A stretch of 64,000 bases of DNA, from the IMG/VR virus record IMGVR_UViG_3300010224_000005; one strand, 5' to 3'. The stretch is from a virus. The notes beneath the pieces are model-generated. The model saw only the letters and a list, made by a program, of their open reading frames with translations. It was not told the DNA's origin and did no database searches. The position numbers were made by a program, and so were the translations under genes. Below are positions 27,463 to 36,668 of the stretch, one piece after another (the stretch's first letter is position 1; each line of letters opens with the position of its first letter).

Positions 27463-28544
27463 TGAACACCTCCTGCCGCGGCATCGACGTCTCCGCCTAC
27501 CAGAGCCCCCAGGACTGGACGGCCTGGACCAAGCAGGGCGTCGTGTTCGCCTTCGCCAAGGCATCCGAAGGCACCAACACCCGGGACCCGCGCTTCGACG
27601 CGCACATCGCCGGCATCATCAAGGCCGGGCTGCTGCCCGGCGCCTACCACTTCGCGTGGCCCACCCAGTCGGCCGCAGCGGAAGCCGCGAACTACATCGC
27701 CGCCGTCGCCCCCTACGCCCGCAGCACCCCCTTCGTGCACTGGCTCGACCTCGAGCGCTACCCCGACGGCCGCAACTACACCGGCCGCACCAGCGCGCAG
27801 ATCCTCACCTGGGCCGAAGAGTGGCTCACTACGGTGCAGGCCGCGTTCCCCGCCCAGAGAGTCGGCGCCTACACCTCCGGCGACGACATCGCCGCCGGCC
27901 ACGTCCCGGACGGCATCCCGTTGTGGTTCCCGTCCTACCCGGGCGCCAGCGCAGACACCTACGCCGAGGCCCAGGCGGCCGTCCGGCCGAGGCCGTCCGG
28001 AAGGCTGCCGCTGCTGTGGCAGTTCACCTCCACTCCCGCGGACGGCTCCCGCACCGACGAGTCCATCGCCTACCTGTCCGAAGCCGGCCTGCGGGCCTGG
28101 GCCGCGGGCACCCCCCAGGAGGACGTCATGCCGGAAGAGGTCAACCTCGGCATCGCCAAGCCCTACACGCTCGCACCCGGGGCGTGGGACAGCATCGAGT
28201 TCACCAGCGAGTGGCTCGATACCGGCGACGAGCACGCGCCCGGCGGCAGCGTGTTCGCCCGCGGAGCCTGCCGGTTCACCGGCACCGTCAGCCTCCGCGT
28301 CCACGGGCTGCCCGCGGGCGAGACCGTGCAGGTCCGCATGTCCGAATACGCCGGGGACACCCTCGTCCACGACCACCCCATCGCCGAGGTCATCGGCACC
28401 AAGGGGGACGCGTTCGCCGTGGTGCCGCTGGTCAAGCACTGCCCGGCCGGCCACGGCATGCGGGTGAGGCTGCTGAACAACACCAGCCAGCCGGTCACCA
28501 TCACCACCGCGGTGCTCACCGCGCTGATCTGGAAACAGGCCTGA
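27462..28544 (+). CDS. Endolysin, glycoside hydrolase family 25 muramidase with an uncharacterised C-terminal domain
   Basis: GIDVSAYQSPQDW...FAFAKASEGTNTRDPRF...GAYHFAWP is the GH25 signature. TGATG overlap start. Confidence 0.85.
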   Translation: MNTSCRGIDVSAYQSPQDWTAWTKQGVVFAFAKASEGTNTRDPRFDAHIAGIIKAGLLPGAYHFAWPTQSAAAEAANYIAAVAPYARSTPFVHWLDLERYPDGRNYTGRTSAQILTWAEEWLTTVQAAFPAQRVGAYTSGDDIAAGHVPDGIPLWFPSYPGASADTYAEAQAAVRPRPSGRLPLLWQFTSTPADGSRTDESIAYLSEAGLRAWAAGTPQEDVMPEEVNLGIAKPYTLAPGAWDSIEFTSEWLDTGDEHAPGGSVFARGACRFTGTVSLRVHGLPAGETVQVRMSEYAGDTLVHDHPIAEVIGTKGDAFAVVPLVKHCPAGHGMRVRLLNNTSQPVTITTAVLTALIWKQA

Positions 28545-28546
28545 GC

Positions 28547-28903
28547 GTGGCGGGCACCGACGTGCAGCTGTGGGACGCGGCGCTCGGGTATCTCCTGCCG
28601 CCCGTCATCGCGGTCGTCATCCAGCCCCGCTGGAGCGGACTGGTCAAGGGCCTGCTCATGCTCCTCGTCGCCGCTATCGACGGCCTGGGCACCGCCTACT
28701 TCAACCACCAGTTGCAGGGCCGCCCGGCGGTCACCTCGGTGCTCATCGCCGCCCTGGCGATCGGCGTCGCCTACCACACGCTGTGGAAGCCCTCAGGGAT
28801 CGCACCCGCCATCGAACAGGCCACTTCCCGGCGAAGACCGGAGCCGGGAACGCCGCAGCAGACGAGCAGCAGGAAGAGAGGCACGGCCGACCATGACCAA
28901 TGA
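28547..28903 (+). CDS. Holin candidate (about 3 TM segments, basic C-terminus)
   Basis: Hydrophobic stretches LLPPVIAVVI, LLMLLVAAIDGLG and VLIAALAIGVAY. Adjacent to the endolysin gene. Confidence 0.55.
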   Translation: MAGTDVQLWDAALGYLLPPVIAVVIQPRWSGLVKGLLMLLVAAIDGLGTAYFNHQLQGRPAVTSVLIAALAIGVAYHTLWKPSGIAPAIEQATSRRRPEPGTPQQTSSRKRGTADHDQ

Positions 28904-29213
28904 CCTCGTCGTCATCGTGGAGGGCTGCGTGTCCATCGTGGCTTGCGGCGCCTTCATGGGCGCCGTGCGCGCCTTCCAGGGACATACCCGCGACCACGAA
29001 CAAAACCGTCAGGCCCTGCAGGCGCACGGCGAGATGCTCCAGGCACAGAGCGAACGGCTGGAGCGGATCGAGAGCGAGTTCTGGCCCAACGGCGGCAGTA
29101 GCTCGCGTGACGTCCTGGAAGACCTGGTGGAAGACGTACGCCGGATCGCCGACGGCCAGGGCGTCGCACTGCCACCACGCCGAAGCCGTCCGAAGCCGGG
29201 GAAGAAACCGTGA
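28893..29213 (+). CDS. Membrane-anchored coiled-coil protein (lysis accessory candidate)
   Basis: N-terminal TM LVVIVEGCVSIVACGAFMGAV followed by a helical segment. Confidence 0.5.
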   Translation: MTNDLVVIVEGCVSIVACGAFMGAVRAFQGHTRDHEQNRQALQAHGEMLQAQSERLERIESEFWPNGGSSSRDVLEDLVEDVRRIADGQGVALPPRRSRPKPGKKP

Positions 29214-29584
29214 ACCGCCACCCCGCGAACATCCAGCGGCACGACCTACGCTCCCTCGGCGAGCGCGTCGCGGACGCGGTCGCCACCTGCATGGGCAGCT
29301 GGAGATTCATCATCATTCAGACGGCCGCGCTGACCGGCTGGGTCACCCTCAACGCGCTCGCCTGGATCCACCACTGGGATCCCTACCCCTACATCGCCCT
29401 GAACCTGGCCCTGTCCTGCCAGGCCGCCTACGCCGCGCCCATCCTGCAGCTCTCCCAGAACCGCCAGGCCGAACACGACCGGATGCGCGCCGAGCACGAC
29501 TACGACGTCAACGAACGCACCCTCGCACTCCTGCAACGCATCGCTGAGCACCTCGGCCTCGAGGACCCGACTCACGGACCGTAG
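29210..29584 (+). CDS. DUF1003-like membrane protein
   Basis: GSWRFIIIQT...WDPYPYIALNLALS.QAAYAAPILQLSQNRQAEHDR matches the DUF1003 pattern. Confidence 0.6.
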   Translation: MNRHPANIQRHDLRSLGERVADAVATCMGSWRFIIIQTAALTGWVTLNALAWIHHWDPYPYIALNLALSCQAAYAAPILQLSQNRQAEHDRMRAEHDYDVNERTLALLQRIAEHLGLEDPTHGP

Positions 29585-29631
29585 CGGGCTATGCCGGGCC
29601 GGTAGCCTGAAAGCCGATGCGCTCAACCTCA

Positions 29632-29665
29632 AGCCCCGCCGCCTTCGGGCGGCGGGGCTCTTTCG
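29632..29665 (+). terminator. Rho-independent-type terminator ending the late/lysis operon
   Basis: AGCCCCGCCGCC-TTCG-GGCGGCGGGGCT followed by CTTTCGCG. Confidence 0.75.
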
Positions 29666-29717
29666 CGCGTTACGCAGCGCCTCCGCGAGCAAACCCACTG
29701 GGCCGTAGGCTTCCCGG

Positions 29718-30359
29718 GTGATTGAGACCATCGCCTTCGACATCGGAGAGACCCTCACCCGCGACGACCGCCACTGGGCCGGATGGGCCGACTGGCTGGA
29801 CGTCCCCCGCCACACTCTCTCAGCGCTCGTCGGCGCCGTCGTCGCCCAGGGCCGCGACAACGCCGACGCCGTCCGCCTCATCCGGCCCGGCCTCGACCTC
29901 GAAGCCGAGTACCGCGCCCGCGAGACGGCCGGCCGCGGGGAGACGATCGACGACAGCGACCTGTACGACGACGTCCGGCCCGCTCTGGCCGAGCTGCGCC
30001 GGCTCGGCGTGCGGGTCGTCGTCGCCGGGAACCAGACGGCGCGCGCTGGGGAACTACTCCGTGCCCTGGAGCTGCCGGCCGATGTGGTGACCACGTCGGG
30101 CGAATGGGGCGTGGCCAAGCCGCAACGGGCTTTCTTCGAGCGTGTCCTGGAGGTGGCCGAGGCCGAGCCGGAGCGGACGCTGTACGTCGGCGATCATCCG
30201 GCCAACGACGTCCTGCCGGCGAAGGCGGCCGGGCTGCGGACAGCCCACATCCGGCGGGGCCCGTGGGGGCACCTGTGGGCAGACGACGCGCACGTCGTAG
30301 CGGCTGCGGACTGGCGGATCGACACGCTGGCCCAACTCCCGGCAATCGTCACCAGCTGA
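29718..30359 (+). CDS. HAD-superfamily hydrolase (cargo gene)
   Basis: Motif I IAFDIGETL, then VVAGNQ, GVAKP and YVGDHPANDV. The second motif I acidic residue is Gly (DxG instead of DxD). Confidence 0.7.
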   Translation: MIETIAFDIGETLTRDDRHWAGWADWLDVPRHTLSALVGAVVAQGRDNADAVRLIRPGLDLEAEYRARETAGRGETIDDSDLYDDVRPALAELRRLGVRVVVAGNQTARAGELLRALELPADVVTTSGEWGVAKPQRAFFERVLEVAEAEPERTLYVGDHPANDVLPAKAAGLRTAHIRRGPWGHLWADDAHVVAAADWRIDTLAQLPAIVTS

Positions 30360-30466
30360 GCCCAGGGGAACGGCCCCGGCCCAGCAACGCTCGGCGGGGC
30401 CGTTCCGGTACACGAGACGTCACATCCCGGGTACGGTTCGGAGTGGATGCCCGAACTGGAGCCAGT

Positions 30467-31654
30467 ATGCCCGCACTTGACCATGGGGCGGTAGGCCGCA
30501 GAATCGCCTACTACCGCAGCACCGTCCGGCCGAAGCTCACCCAGGAGCAGCTGGCCGAGGCCGCCTGCGTCGCGCTCGGCACGATCCGCAAGATCGAGCG
30601 CGGTGAGCGCGGCGTGAGCGACACCACCCTGCAGGCCATCGCGGACGCGCTCGGCGTCGATCCCACACGTCTGCGCACCGACCGCGACGGCCCCCACACA
30701 GCAGTCCAAGACGCACTGCCCGCGCTGTCAGCGTCTATCGCCTCCTACGACGTGCCCGAGGACGGCCCCACACGCCCGCTGAGCCGCCTCCGCGACGACG
30801 TCGAGGAGGCGGCCACGTGGCGGCTGGCGGCCCAGTACACGCGCCTCGTCCGCGCCCTCCCCGCGCTGCTGCCCGAACTGGCCCGCGCCTACCACCAAGC
30901 CGCAGAAGGCGATCGTCCAGCGGTGGCCGGCCTCCTGGTCAGCGCCTACCGATCAGCAGACGCGGTCGCCTTCAAATTCGGAGCACGGGACCTGTCGGCA
31001 CGCCTGGTCGAACTCATGCGGTGGGCGGTGCCCGGGGCGGACGACCCGCTCCTCACGGCCTCCGTCGCCTACGTACGCACCGAAACGTTCTTCGCCGCCC
31101 GCGCTCACGCCGCCGGGCTCCGTGCCCTCGAGCAGGCCCTCGACGCCGCGCCGCCGCCACAGATCCCAGAGCAGGCCGCCGCTCGAGGCGCCCTGCACAT
31201 GAGAGCAGCCGTCATCGCCGGCCGCGCCCGCAACGCCGCCGCGGTAAAGACCCACCTGAAGGAAGCCAGCAAACTGGCCAAGAAGGCCCCTGAGGACGTC
31301 TACCACGGCACCGCCTTCGGCCCTGACTCCGTCCGCATCCACGAGGTCTCCGTGGCCGTCAGCCTCGGCGACGACCACATCGGGCGCGCACTCGACATCG
31401 CCCGCGAGTGGAAACCGCCGCAGCGGCTCCCTGCAGAGCGCCGCAGCGGCTTCTACATCGAACTCGCCCGCGCTCAACTCTGGGCCGGGCACCCGGACCA
31501 CGCCTTCGAGTCGCTGAAAGTCGCACGTCACATCGCCCCGCAGCACGCACGCGAACACCCCTGGGTCCGTGAAGACGCCGGAACCCTGCGCCGCCTGAAG
31601 CGCGCCGACGCGGAGAGCCTCACCAACTTCGCGGAGTGGTGCGCCGCCATCTGA
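30467..31654 (+). CDS. XRE-family HTH regulator with a long helical (TPR-like) C-terminal domain
   Basis: HTH segment LTQEQLAEAACVALGTIRKIERGERGVSDTTLQAIADALGV. Architecture common in Streptomyces. Confidence 0.7.
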   Translation: MPALDHGAVGRRIAYYRSTVRPKLTQEQLAEAACVALGTIRKIERGERGVSDTTLQAIADALGVDPTRLRTDRDGPHTAVQDALPALSASIASYDVPEDGPTRPLSRLRDDVEEAATWRLAAQYTRLVRALPALLPELARAYHQAAEGDRPAVAGLLVSAYRSADAVAFKFGARDLSARLVELMRWAVPGADDPLLTASVAYVRTETFFAARAHAAGLRALEQALDAAPPPQIPEQAAARGALHMRAAVIAGRARNAAAVKTHLKEASKLAKKAPEDVYHGTAFGPDSVRIHEVSVAVSLGDDHIGRALDIAREWKPPQRLPAERRSGFYIELARAQLWAGHPDHAFESLKVARHIAPQHAREHPWVREDAGTLRRLKRADAESLTNFAEWCAAI

Positions 31655-31751
31655 CCAACTACCCCCGACTACCCCTCGCTGGGGTACTTGTGGGGTACAT
31701 AGGCCGCCACCATCTGTTTCACGCCGGAAGGCCAACAGATGGGAGACGCGC

Positions 31752-31949
31752 GTGCCGACCACCTCTCAGCTCACGCTGCTCCTTGCAGAAGACAGCGTCA
31801 GCATCGTCCGCCTCCACGCCGAAGCGTGCTTCGACTGCGGCGCCGTCTCCAAAAAGCTCAAGCCGGCCGGGCACGTCCGTGTCCGCGGCAGCAGCACCGT
31901 CTGGCCGATCGTGACCTGCGGCTGCCGCGGGAAGACAGCGGTCGCATGA
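31752..31949 (+). CDS. Small Cys-rich hypothetical protein
   Basis: ORF track. CFDC...CGC pattern. Weak support. Confidence 0.3.
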   Translation: MPTTSQLTLLLAEDSVSIVRLHAEACFDCGAVSKKLKPAGHVRVRGSSTVWPIVTCGCRGKTAVA

Positions 31950-32212
31950 CTGCCGAACGGCTCCAGCACCCCAGCACGCTGAGGCGACGGCGACGGCGAC
32001 GACTCGACCGGCCACGCACATCAAATACCCCGGCAGCCGCGGGACAACGGCGCCGGGGATGGCCAACGCTCTTTGCAGAGAGGGAGCGTCGACATGACGC
32101 AAGCTACAACCCGAAGGAAGCCTCCGGTCAAGACAGCCGGCAGGGCGCACAGTGGCACCCGAGCACGCCTGGACGTCCACTACCGGGGCCGTCGCACGTC
32201 AGGAGCGGTCCG

Positions 32213-32695
32213 GTGAACGCCGTCGAGAAGACCGCACCGGAGCTGGACACCCGCGACTTGAGGGCCCGCGCCCAGGAGTTCCTGGGCGAGGCGGTGCCAC
32301 CGCGCTACGAGATCATCCAGCAGAGCAGCCACGCGTTCAGCTGTGGCCTGTGGACGCTGATCGAGCTCATCAGCGTCATCGTGCGCGAACGGCCTGATGA
32401 CGTGCCCTCACAGGTGGCTATGGCCGGTGTAGGGGAGGCGCAGCGGCGGCTCGACCTCATCGAGCGGCCCGGCCTGCAGGGCGAGTTCGAACGGGTCAAG
32501 CGTCTCGCCCGCTCCGTCATCGCCCTGTGCGACCACCACGCTTTCCTCAGTGGCATGGTCCTGTGCGTGGCCTGCGACAAGCCCATCGAGCCCTCCGACG
32601 ACGTGCTGCCGTACGACCAGGTGAGCCCCTCGGGTGGCGCTCACCGGTCGGGCCGGATCCACGCCGAATGCGCCCAACGGGTACGACGGCACTGA
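32213..32695 (+). CDS. Hypothetical protein with C-terminal CxxC..HxxC motif
   Basis: GTG after AGGAGCGG, in frame with ORF 31739..32695. Confidence 0.45.
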   Translation: MNAVEKTAPELDTRDLRARAQEFLGEAVPPRYEIIQQSSHAFSCGLWTLIELISVIVRERPDDVPSQVAMAGVGEAQRRLDLIERPGLQGEFERVKRLARSVIALCDHHAFLSGMVLCVACDKPIEPSDDVLPYDQVSPSGGAHRSGRIHAECAQRVRRH

Positions 32696-32821
32696 ACACC
32701 CGCGAATTGGCCGGAAGGCGGCTGCAGGATGGGGCTGCTGCCCTCGCGAACCCCCTCCCGTCGCAGACATCGTGTCGCGGCGGGAGGGAGAACCCCCCGG
32801 CCGATTGCAGAGAGGACCGCG

Positions 32822-33280
32822 GTGAGCACGCACGAGACCGTCACCCATTGGCTCGCAGGCCTCCACAGCCGTCCTGCCGAGGCCGTCGCCGAGTGGACCC
32901 GGCAGGGCGTCGCTCTGCTGCCCATGGGGGGCAGTGTGTGCGCCATCCGGCTGGACAGCCAGCTCGTCCACGCGGCCATGGCCACCGAAGTTCCGGAAGA
33001 GGTCGCATCCGGCCTTGCCCGCAATGTTCAGGGGCCGGTCGCCTTCGACCGTAGGGGCGGCGCTTACTACACGTTCGTGGATGCCACGGCGGCCGCCAGC
33101 TGGGACCTCGAGGCGGTTCCATGCCTGGGCGCCGGTGTCTACGTCGGAGTGCCCGCCCTCGACCGCGTAGGACCGGCGGCCCCCTACTGGGTCGTGCAGC
33201 CTCGCTACGCGGGACACCTGTGCCCAGTGAACGCCGTACGCGCCCTCGTGGCCGCTGGCATGGCTGGCAAACGGACGTGA
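32822..33280 (+). CDS. Hypothetical protein (weak resemblance to Prim-Pol N-terminal-like proteins)
   Basis: GTG start in frame with ORF 32729..33280. The function is not established. Confidence 0.4.
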   Translation: MSTHETVTHWLAGLHSRPAEAVAEWTRQGVALLPMGGSVCAIRLDSQLVHAAMATEVPEEVASGLARNVQGPVAFDRRGGAYYTFVDATAAASWDLEAVPCLGAGVYVGVPALDRVGPAAPYWVVQPRYAGHLCPVNAVRALVAAGMAGKRT

Positions 33281-33306
33281 GAGGTTTCTACGCCGCGGTC
33301 ACACAC

Positions 33307-33591
33307 CTACCGGGCGGGGCGCTCGTCACGATGCTGGTGGCGCATGTCGACCTCGTTGGAGGCGTCCACCAGGTGCGCGAGGGAGACGTCCAGCGCGTCG
33401 GCGATCAGGACGAGCATGGACAGAGCGGGGTCGCGCAGGGCCGTCTCATACCGGTGGACGGACCGGCGGTCGATGCCGATGACGTGCGCGAGCTGCTCCT
33501 GGGTCAGCTGTCGATGCCGACGCGCGGTACGGATGCGTTCTCCGATCGCGCGGCGGCGCAGGACGCTCCAGTCCGGCTCTTGCTCAGGCAC
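33307..33591 (-). CDS. XRE-family HTH transcriptional regulator
   Basis: IGERIRTARRHRQLTQEQLAHVIGIDRRSVHRYETALRDPALSMLVLIADALDVSLAHL is a classic HTH_3 segment. Confidence 0.75.
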   Translation of the reverse strand: MPEQEPDWSVLRRRAIGERIRTARRHRQLTQEQLAHVIGIDRRSVHRYETALRDPALSMLVLIADALDVSLAHLVDASNEVDMRHQHRDERPAR

Positions 33592-33818
33592 CCCACAAAA
33601 CTTGTAGGGAAAGGATCATGTGTCAGTGCCCAATTGGGCACTTTTCAGCAGGGAGCAAAGGTGCTTCAATGCTGACTTCTCGCCAAGATTCCACTCTTGG
33701 CCCACTACTTGCCGCTCCCAGACCCTGAGTGGCGAGCCGCTCCTCACCATGCTCCGCAAAGCCGGGAGGAGCGGACCCGCTGGGGCCGGCGGCACGCCGC
33801 CGGCCCCAGACATGCGGC

Positions 33819-34064
33819 CTACCGGGCCGTCGACGACAGCGCCTGATCTGCTTCTCCTGTCTCCAGGAGCCGTACGAGGGAGGCGGTCACCACGCGTCGC
33901 ACCCCGGAGATCGGAAGGACGCGTACCGGAGCCGTCCCCGCCTTGACCTGCTCGTACAGGAGGCTCTTGCCGACGCCCATGGCAGCGGCCGCCTCGACAA
34001 GGCTCACCGTGGCGGGCCACCCGCGAACCTCGTCGAGCGTGGGGGCCTTCTTGTTCTTGCTCAT
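33819..34064 (-). CDS. Excisionase-like / MerR-type HTH_17 DNA-binding protein
   Basis: VSLVEAAAAMGVGKSLLYEQVKAGTAPVRVLPISGVRRV. Divergent from and adjacent to the integrase. Start taken at MSKNKK. Confidence 0.6.
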   Translation of the reverse strand: MSKNKKAPTLDEVRGWPATVSLVEAAAAMGVGKSLLYEQVKAGTAPVRVLPISGVRRVVTASLVRLLETGEADQALSSTAR

Positions 34065-34489
34065 GCGACGACTCCATATCGGGATGCCGGCGTCTGTGCC
34101 CCGGCGGGCGCCTCCTCCCGGCACGAACCACTCCTGCCTCGACCGCGGACACGGGCGTTGCGCCGGAACTTTCCTGGACCTTGCGGCCTGTGACGGACGG
34201 TAGGGCATCATATGGAATCCATGCAACTAACTCGCGCGCAAGCAACTTGCGGCTCCTGTCGCCGCCCGCTGCTCGCCCGCCCGAACAGTCCCCACGCCGC
34301 GTCGCTCCGGCACAGCCGGACGCCGTCGGCGACCCCGGCCCGCAAGGGGGTTTCCCGTGTCCCAACCGATCAAGCCGCGCCGAACGGTATGGCACCACCA
34401 CAGCGACCACGACCCGGACACGCCCCCGCGGCCGCCAGGCGTCGACCTGACGCCCGGCCGAGTGCGGCGATGGCGGGACGCGGTGCGCC

Positions 34490-35668
34490 ATGGATGAGCC
34501 GATCAAAGAGATCACGCTCCGCAACGGCAAGAAGCGCTACCGGTTCGTCCTCGACGTCGGCCGCCGACCGGACGGCGGCCGACGACAGCTCACCGTCACC
34601 AAGAACACGCTCAAGGAAGCGCGCGCCGAGTACGGCCGGCTCCTGACCGCGAAGAACTCCGGCACGCTGATCGTCCCCAACAAGATCACCGTCGAGCAGT
34701 GGATCGAGGAGTGGCTCAAGCTCAAGGCGGAAGACGTCGAGGTCACCACCCTCAACTCGTACGTCACCACGCTAAAGCCGGCCAGGAAACGGCTCGGGCA
34801 CATCCGCCTCCAGGAGCTCACCGAAGAGGACGTAGTCGCCTGGGTGAAGTGGCTGCTCACCGAAGGGCGCGTGCGCCCCCGGCAGGGGAACAAGGGGCTG
34901 TCGACGACGTCCGCGGACATGGCCCTCGGCCGCCTGAAGGAAGTCCTGAACAGAGCCGTCACGAAGCGCCTGGTCGGCCTGAATGTCGCCGCCGAGGTGT
35001 CCATCCCGAGCAAGGCGCGGCGGGCAGACCGCAAGGCGCGGCCCCGGGTGAAGCCGTGGAACAGCGCGGAGGTACGGGCTTTCGTGGCGGGTATCCGGGA
35101 GGAGCGGCTGTTCGCTGCGTTCCTGCTCAGCCTCATGGGACTGCGGCCCGCGGAAGTCTGCGGGCTGCGCTGGAGCGACATCGACTTCGCGGAGCGCATC
35201 CTCGTGGTCGACAACACCCGAACGATGATCAACAACAACGAGGTCGTCGAGAAGGACACCAAGTCGGCCTCCAGCGACCGCGACCTCCCCCTTCCGACGC
35301 TCTTGTTCGACGCATTGAAGAAGTTCCGGGCTCTCCAGGCCGCGGAGAAGCTTGCGCTCGGCCAGGACTACCTCGAGTCCGGCTACGTCCTGGTCGACGA
35401 GATGGGCCAGCCGCTGAACGTGCGCCTGCTGCGGGTCGAGGCGAAGAAGCTGATGGACAAGCTGGGCATGCGCAAGGTGCGCCTGTACGACGCGCGGGCC
35501 TCGTGTCTGACGTTCCTGGCGAACGAGGGAGTGCCGCGGCACATCCTGGCCCGCTGGGCCGGCCACGGCAATCCGAAGACGACCGAGCGCTTCTACCTGA
35601 AGCCCGACGTCGAGGATCTGCGGGGTGCGGCAGAGAGTTGGGGCGGCCTCGGCGGAGGGCCTTCGTGA
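34490..35668 (+). CDS. int: Tyrosine recombinase (phage integrase family)
   Basis: SAM-like N-terminal domain plus catalytic region GLRPAEVCGLRW, LYDARASCLTFL and ARWAGHGNPKTTERFYL (R..R..H..Y). Confidence 0.9.
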   Translation: MDEPIKEITLRNGKKRYRFVLDVGRRPDGGRRQLTVTKNTLKEARAEYGRLLTAKNSGTLIVPNKITVEQWIEEWLKLKAEDVEVTTLNSYVTTLKPARKRLGHIRLQELTEEDVVAWVKWLLTEGRVRPRQGNKGLSTTSADMALGRLKEVLNRAVTKRLVGLNVAAEVSIPSKARRADRKARPRVKPWNSAEVRAFVAGIREERLFAAFLLSLMGLRPAEVCGLRWSDIDFAERILVVDNTRTMINNNEVVEKDTKSASSDRDLPLPTLLFDALKKFRALQAAEKLALGQDYLESGYVLVDEMGQPLNVRLLRVEAKKLMDKLGMRKVRLYDARASCLTFLANEGVPRHILARWAGHGNPKTTERFYLKPDVEDLRGAAESWGGLGGGPS

Positions 35669-35934
35669 GAGATTGTGAGACGAGCCCTCACCGCGCAGTC
35701 CGGGCACACAGCGGCAACCTGGCGGCAATCGCCGCGCTGAGCTGCGGACGAAGGGGGTCGGGAGCGGTCGGCGGGGACGTGCTGGGACCACATCTTCACG
35801 ACACGGACTAAGTCATCAAAGCCTTCCGCCCAGGTTCCATATCTTCCGGCAGACGGCTACCGGTGCTGGTCAGGGGGGATGCTTCCCTTCCTCGCCGGAC
35901 GGTCCGTGAGATCTGTGTGAGACAACCGTGAGAC
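35665..35934 (+). other. Candidate attP: two clusters of direct GTGAGA(C/G/T) arm-type repeats flanking a lower-GC core
   Basis: GTGAGAN at 35665, 35675, 35906, 35917 and 35928, all in the same orientation and spaced 10-11 bp. The central 35682-35905 includes AT-richer stretches (aagtcatcaaagcc, ttccatatcttcc). Confidence 0.5.
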
Positions 35935-36016
35935 CGCGCCCCAGGGGCAGGGCGCGGCCGGACGCGCGGGAGCCGCCCTTCCGCAAAAGCGGGGGGCGGC
36001 TCCCGTCGCGTTGCGT

Positions 36017-36043
36017 CAACGTCTTCCACCGCAGAAGACGTTG
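36017..36043. terminator. Stem-loop between attP and the leftward immunity operon
   Basis: CAACGTCTTC-CACCGCA-GAAGACGTTG. A second inverted repeat GGGAGCCGCCC...GGGCGGCTCCC lies at about 35969-36004. Confidence 0.55.
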
Positions 36044-36047
36044 AGAA

Positions 36048-36665
36048 TCATGACGTATCGATTCGCCGTAGCGGAGGCGACGGCTCCGGCGTCATGACGC
36101 CGATGTCCTCGATGCGTTCGTGGCCGTGCGACAGCCCTGCGTCCCTTGTGCCGCCGCCGGCGACGCGCAGCCGGCCGTAGCCCCGCGGCGTGGCCTGCTC
36201 GAACTGGCCGCGCGTGGCCACCAGCTCGTTGAGGATCAGCTGGTTGCGCTCGTCGTTGACCTCGCTCACTTCCTGCTCGAGCTCGGCGATCCTCGTGCGC
36301 AGCGCCGCGAGGGTGTTGCGTGTCTCGTCGAGGGCCTTCGCTGAGCTGGCCGCGCGGAACTGCATGGCGGCTCGCTGGCGCTTGAGAGCCTCCTCCCGCC
36401 GGAACAGTTGGTGTTCCCGCTGCTGCATCGCCAGGTCGTTGCGGCGCTGCAGCTCGCTGATCTCCTGGAGCTGAGCCCGCGTGCGCGCGTCGAAAGCCCT
36501 GAGCGCATACCGCACGGTCGCTGCCACGACGCCGACGGCCCCGGCCGCCAGTGCCCCCATGCCGCTGACCGCGACCTCCCAGGAGTGGCTCCACACTCCA
36601 TCGCCGACGAGTGCCCCGCCGGCCACACACGCGCCGATCGACACGGTCGTCAATCTGTACGCCAC
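36048..36665 (-). CDS. Membrane protein with two N-terminal TM helices and a long coiled coil (candidate superinfection exclusion/abortive infection)
   Basis: TM segments VSIGACVAGGALVG and GMGALAAGAVGVVAATV, then heptad-like ELQRRNDLAMQQREHQLFRREEALKRQR.... Co-oriented with and downstream of the repressor gene. Confidence 0.6.
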   Translation of the reverse strand: MAYRLTTVSIGACVAGGALVGDGVWSHSWEVAVSGMGALAAGAVGVVAATVRYALRAFDARTRAQLQEISELQRRNDLAMQQREHQLFRREEALKRQRAAMQFRAASSAKALDETRNTLAALRTRIAELEQEVSEVNDERNQLILNELVATRGQFEQATPRGYGRLRVAGGGTRDAGLSHGHERIEDIGVMTPEPSPPLRRIDTS

Positions 36666-36668
36666 CTG

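Noticed and set aside
35801-35870. Possible tRNA 3' fragment in the attP core (GGTTCCAT)
   Set aside because: No convincing T-stem pairing or acceptor/CCA continuation could be drawn. The target site remains unknown.
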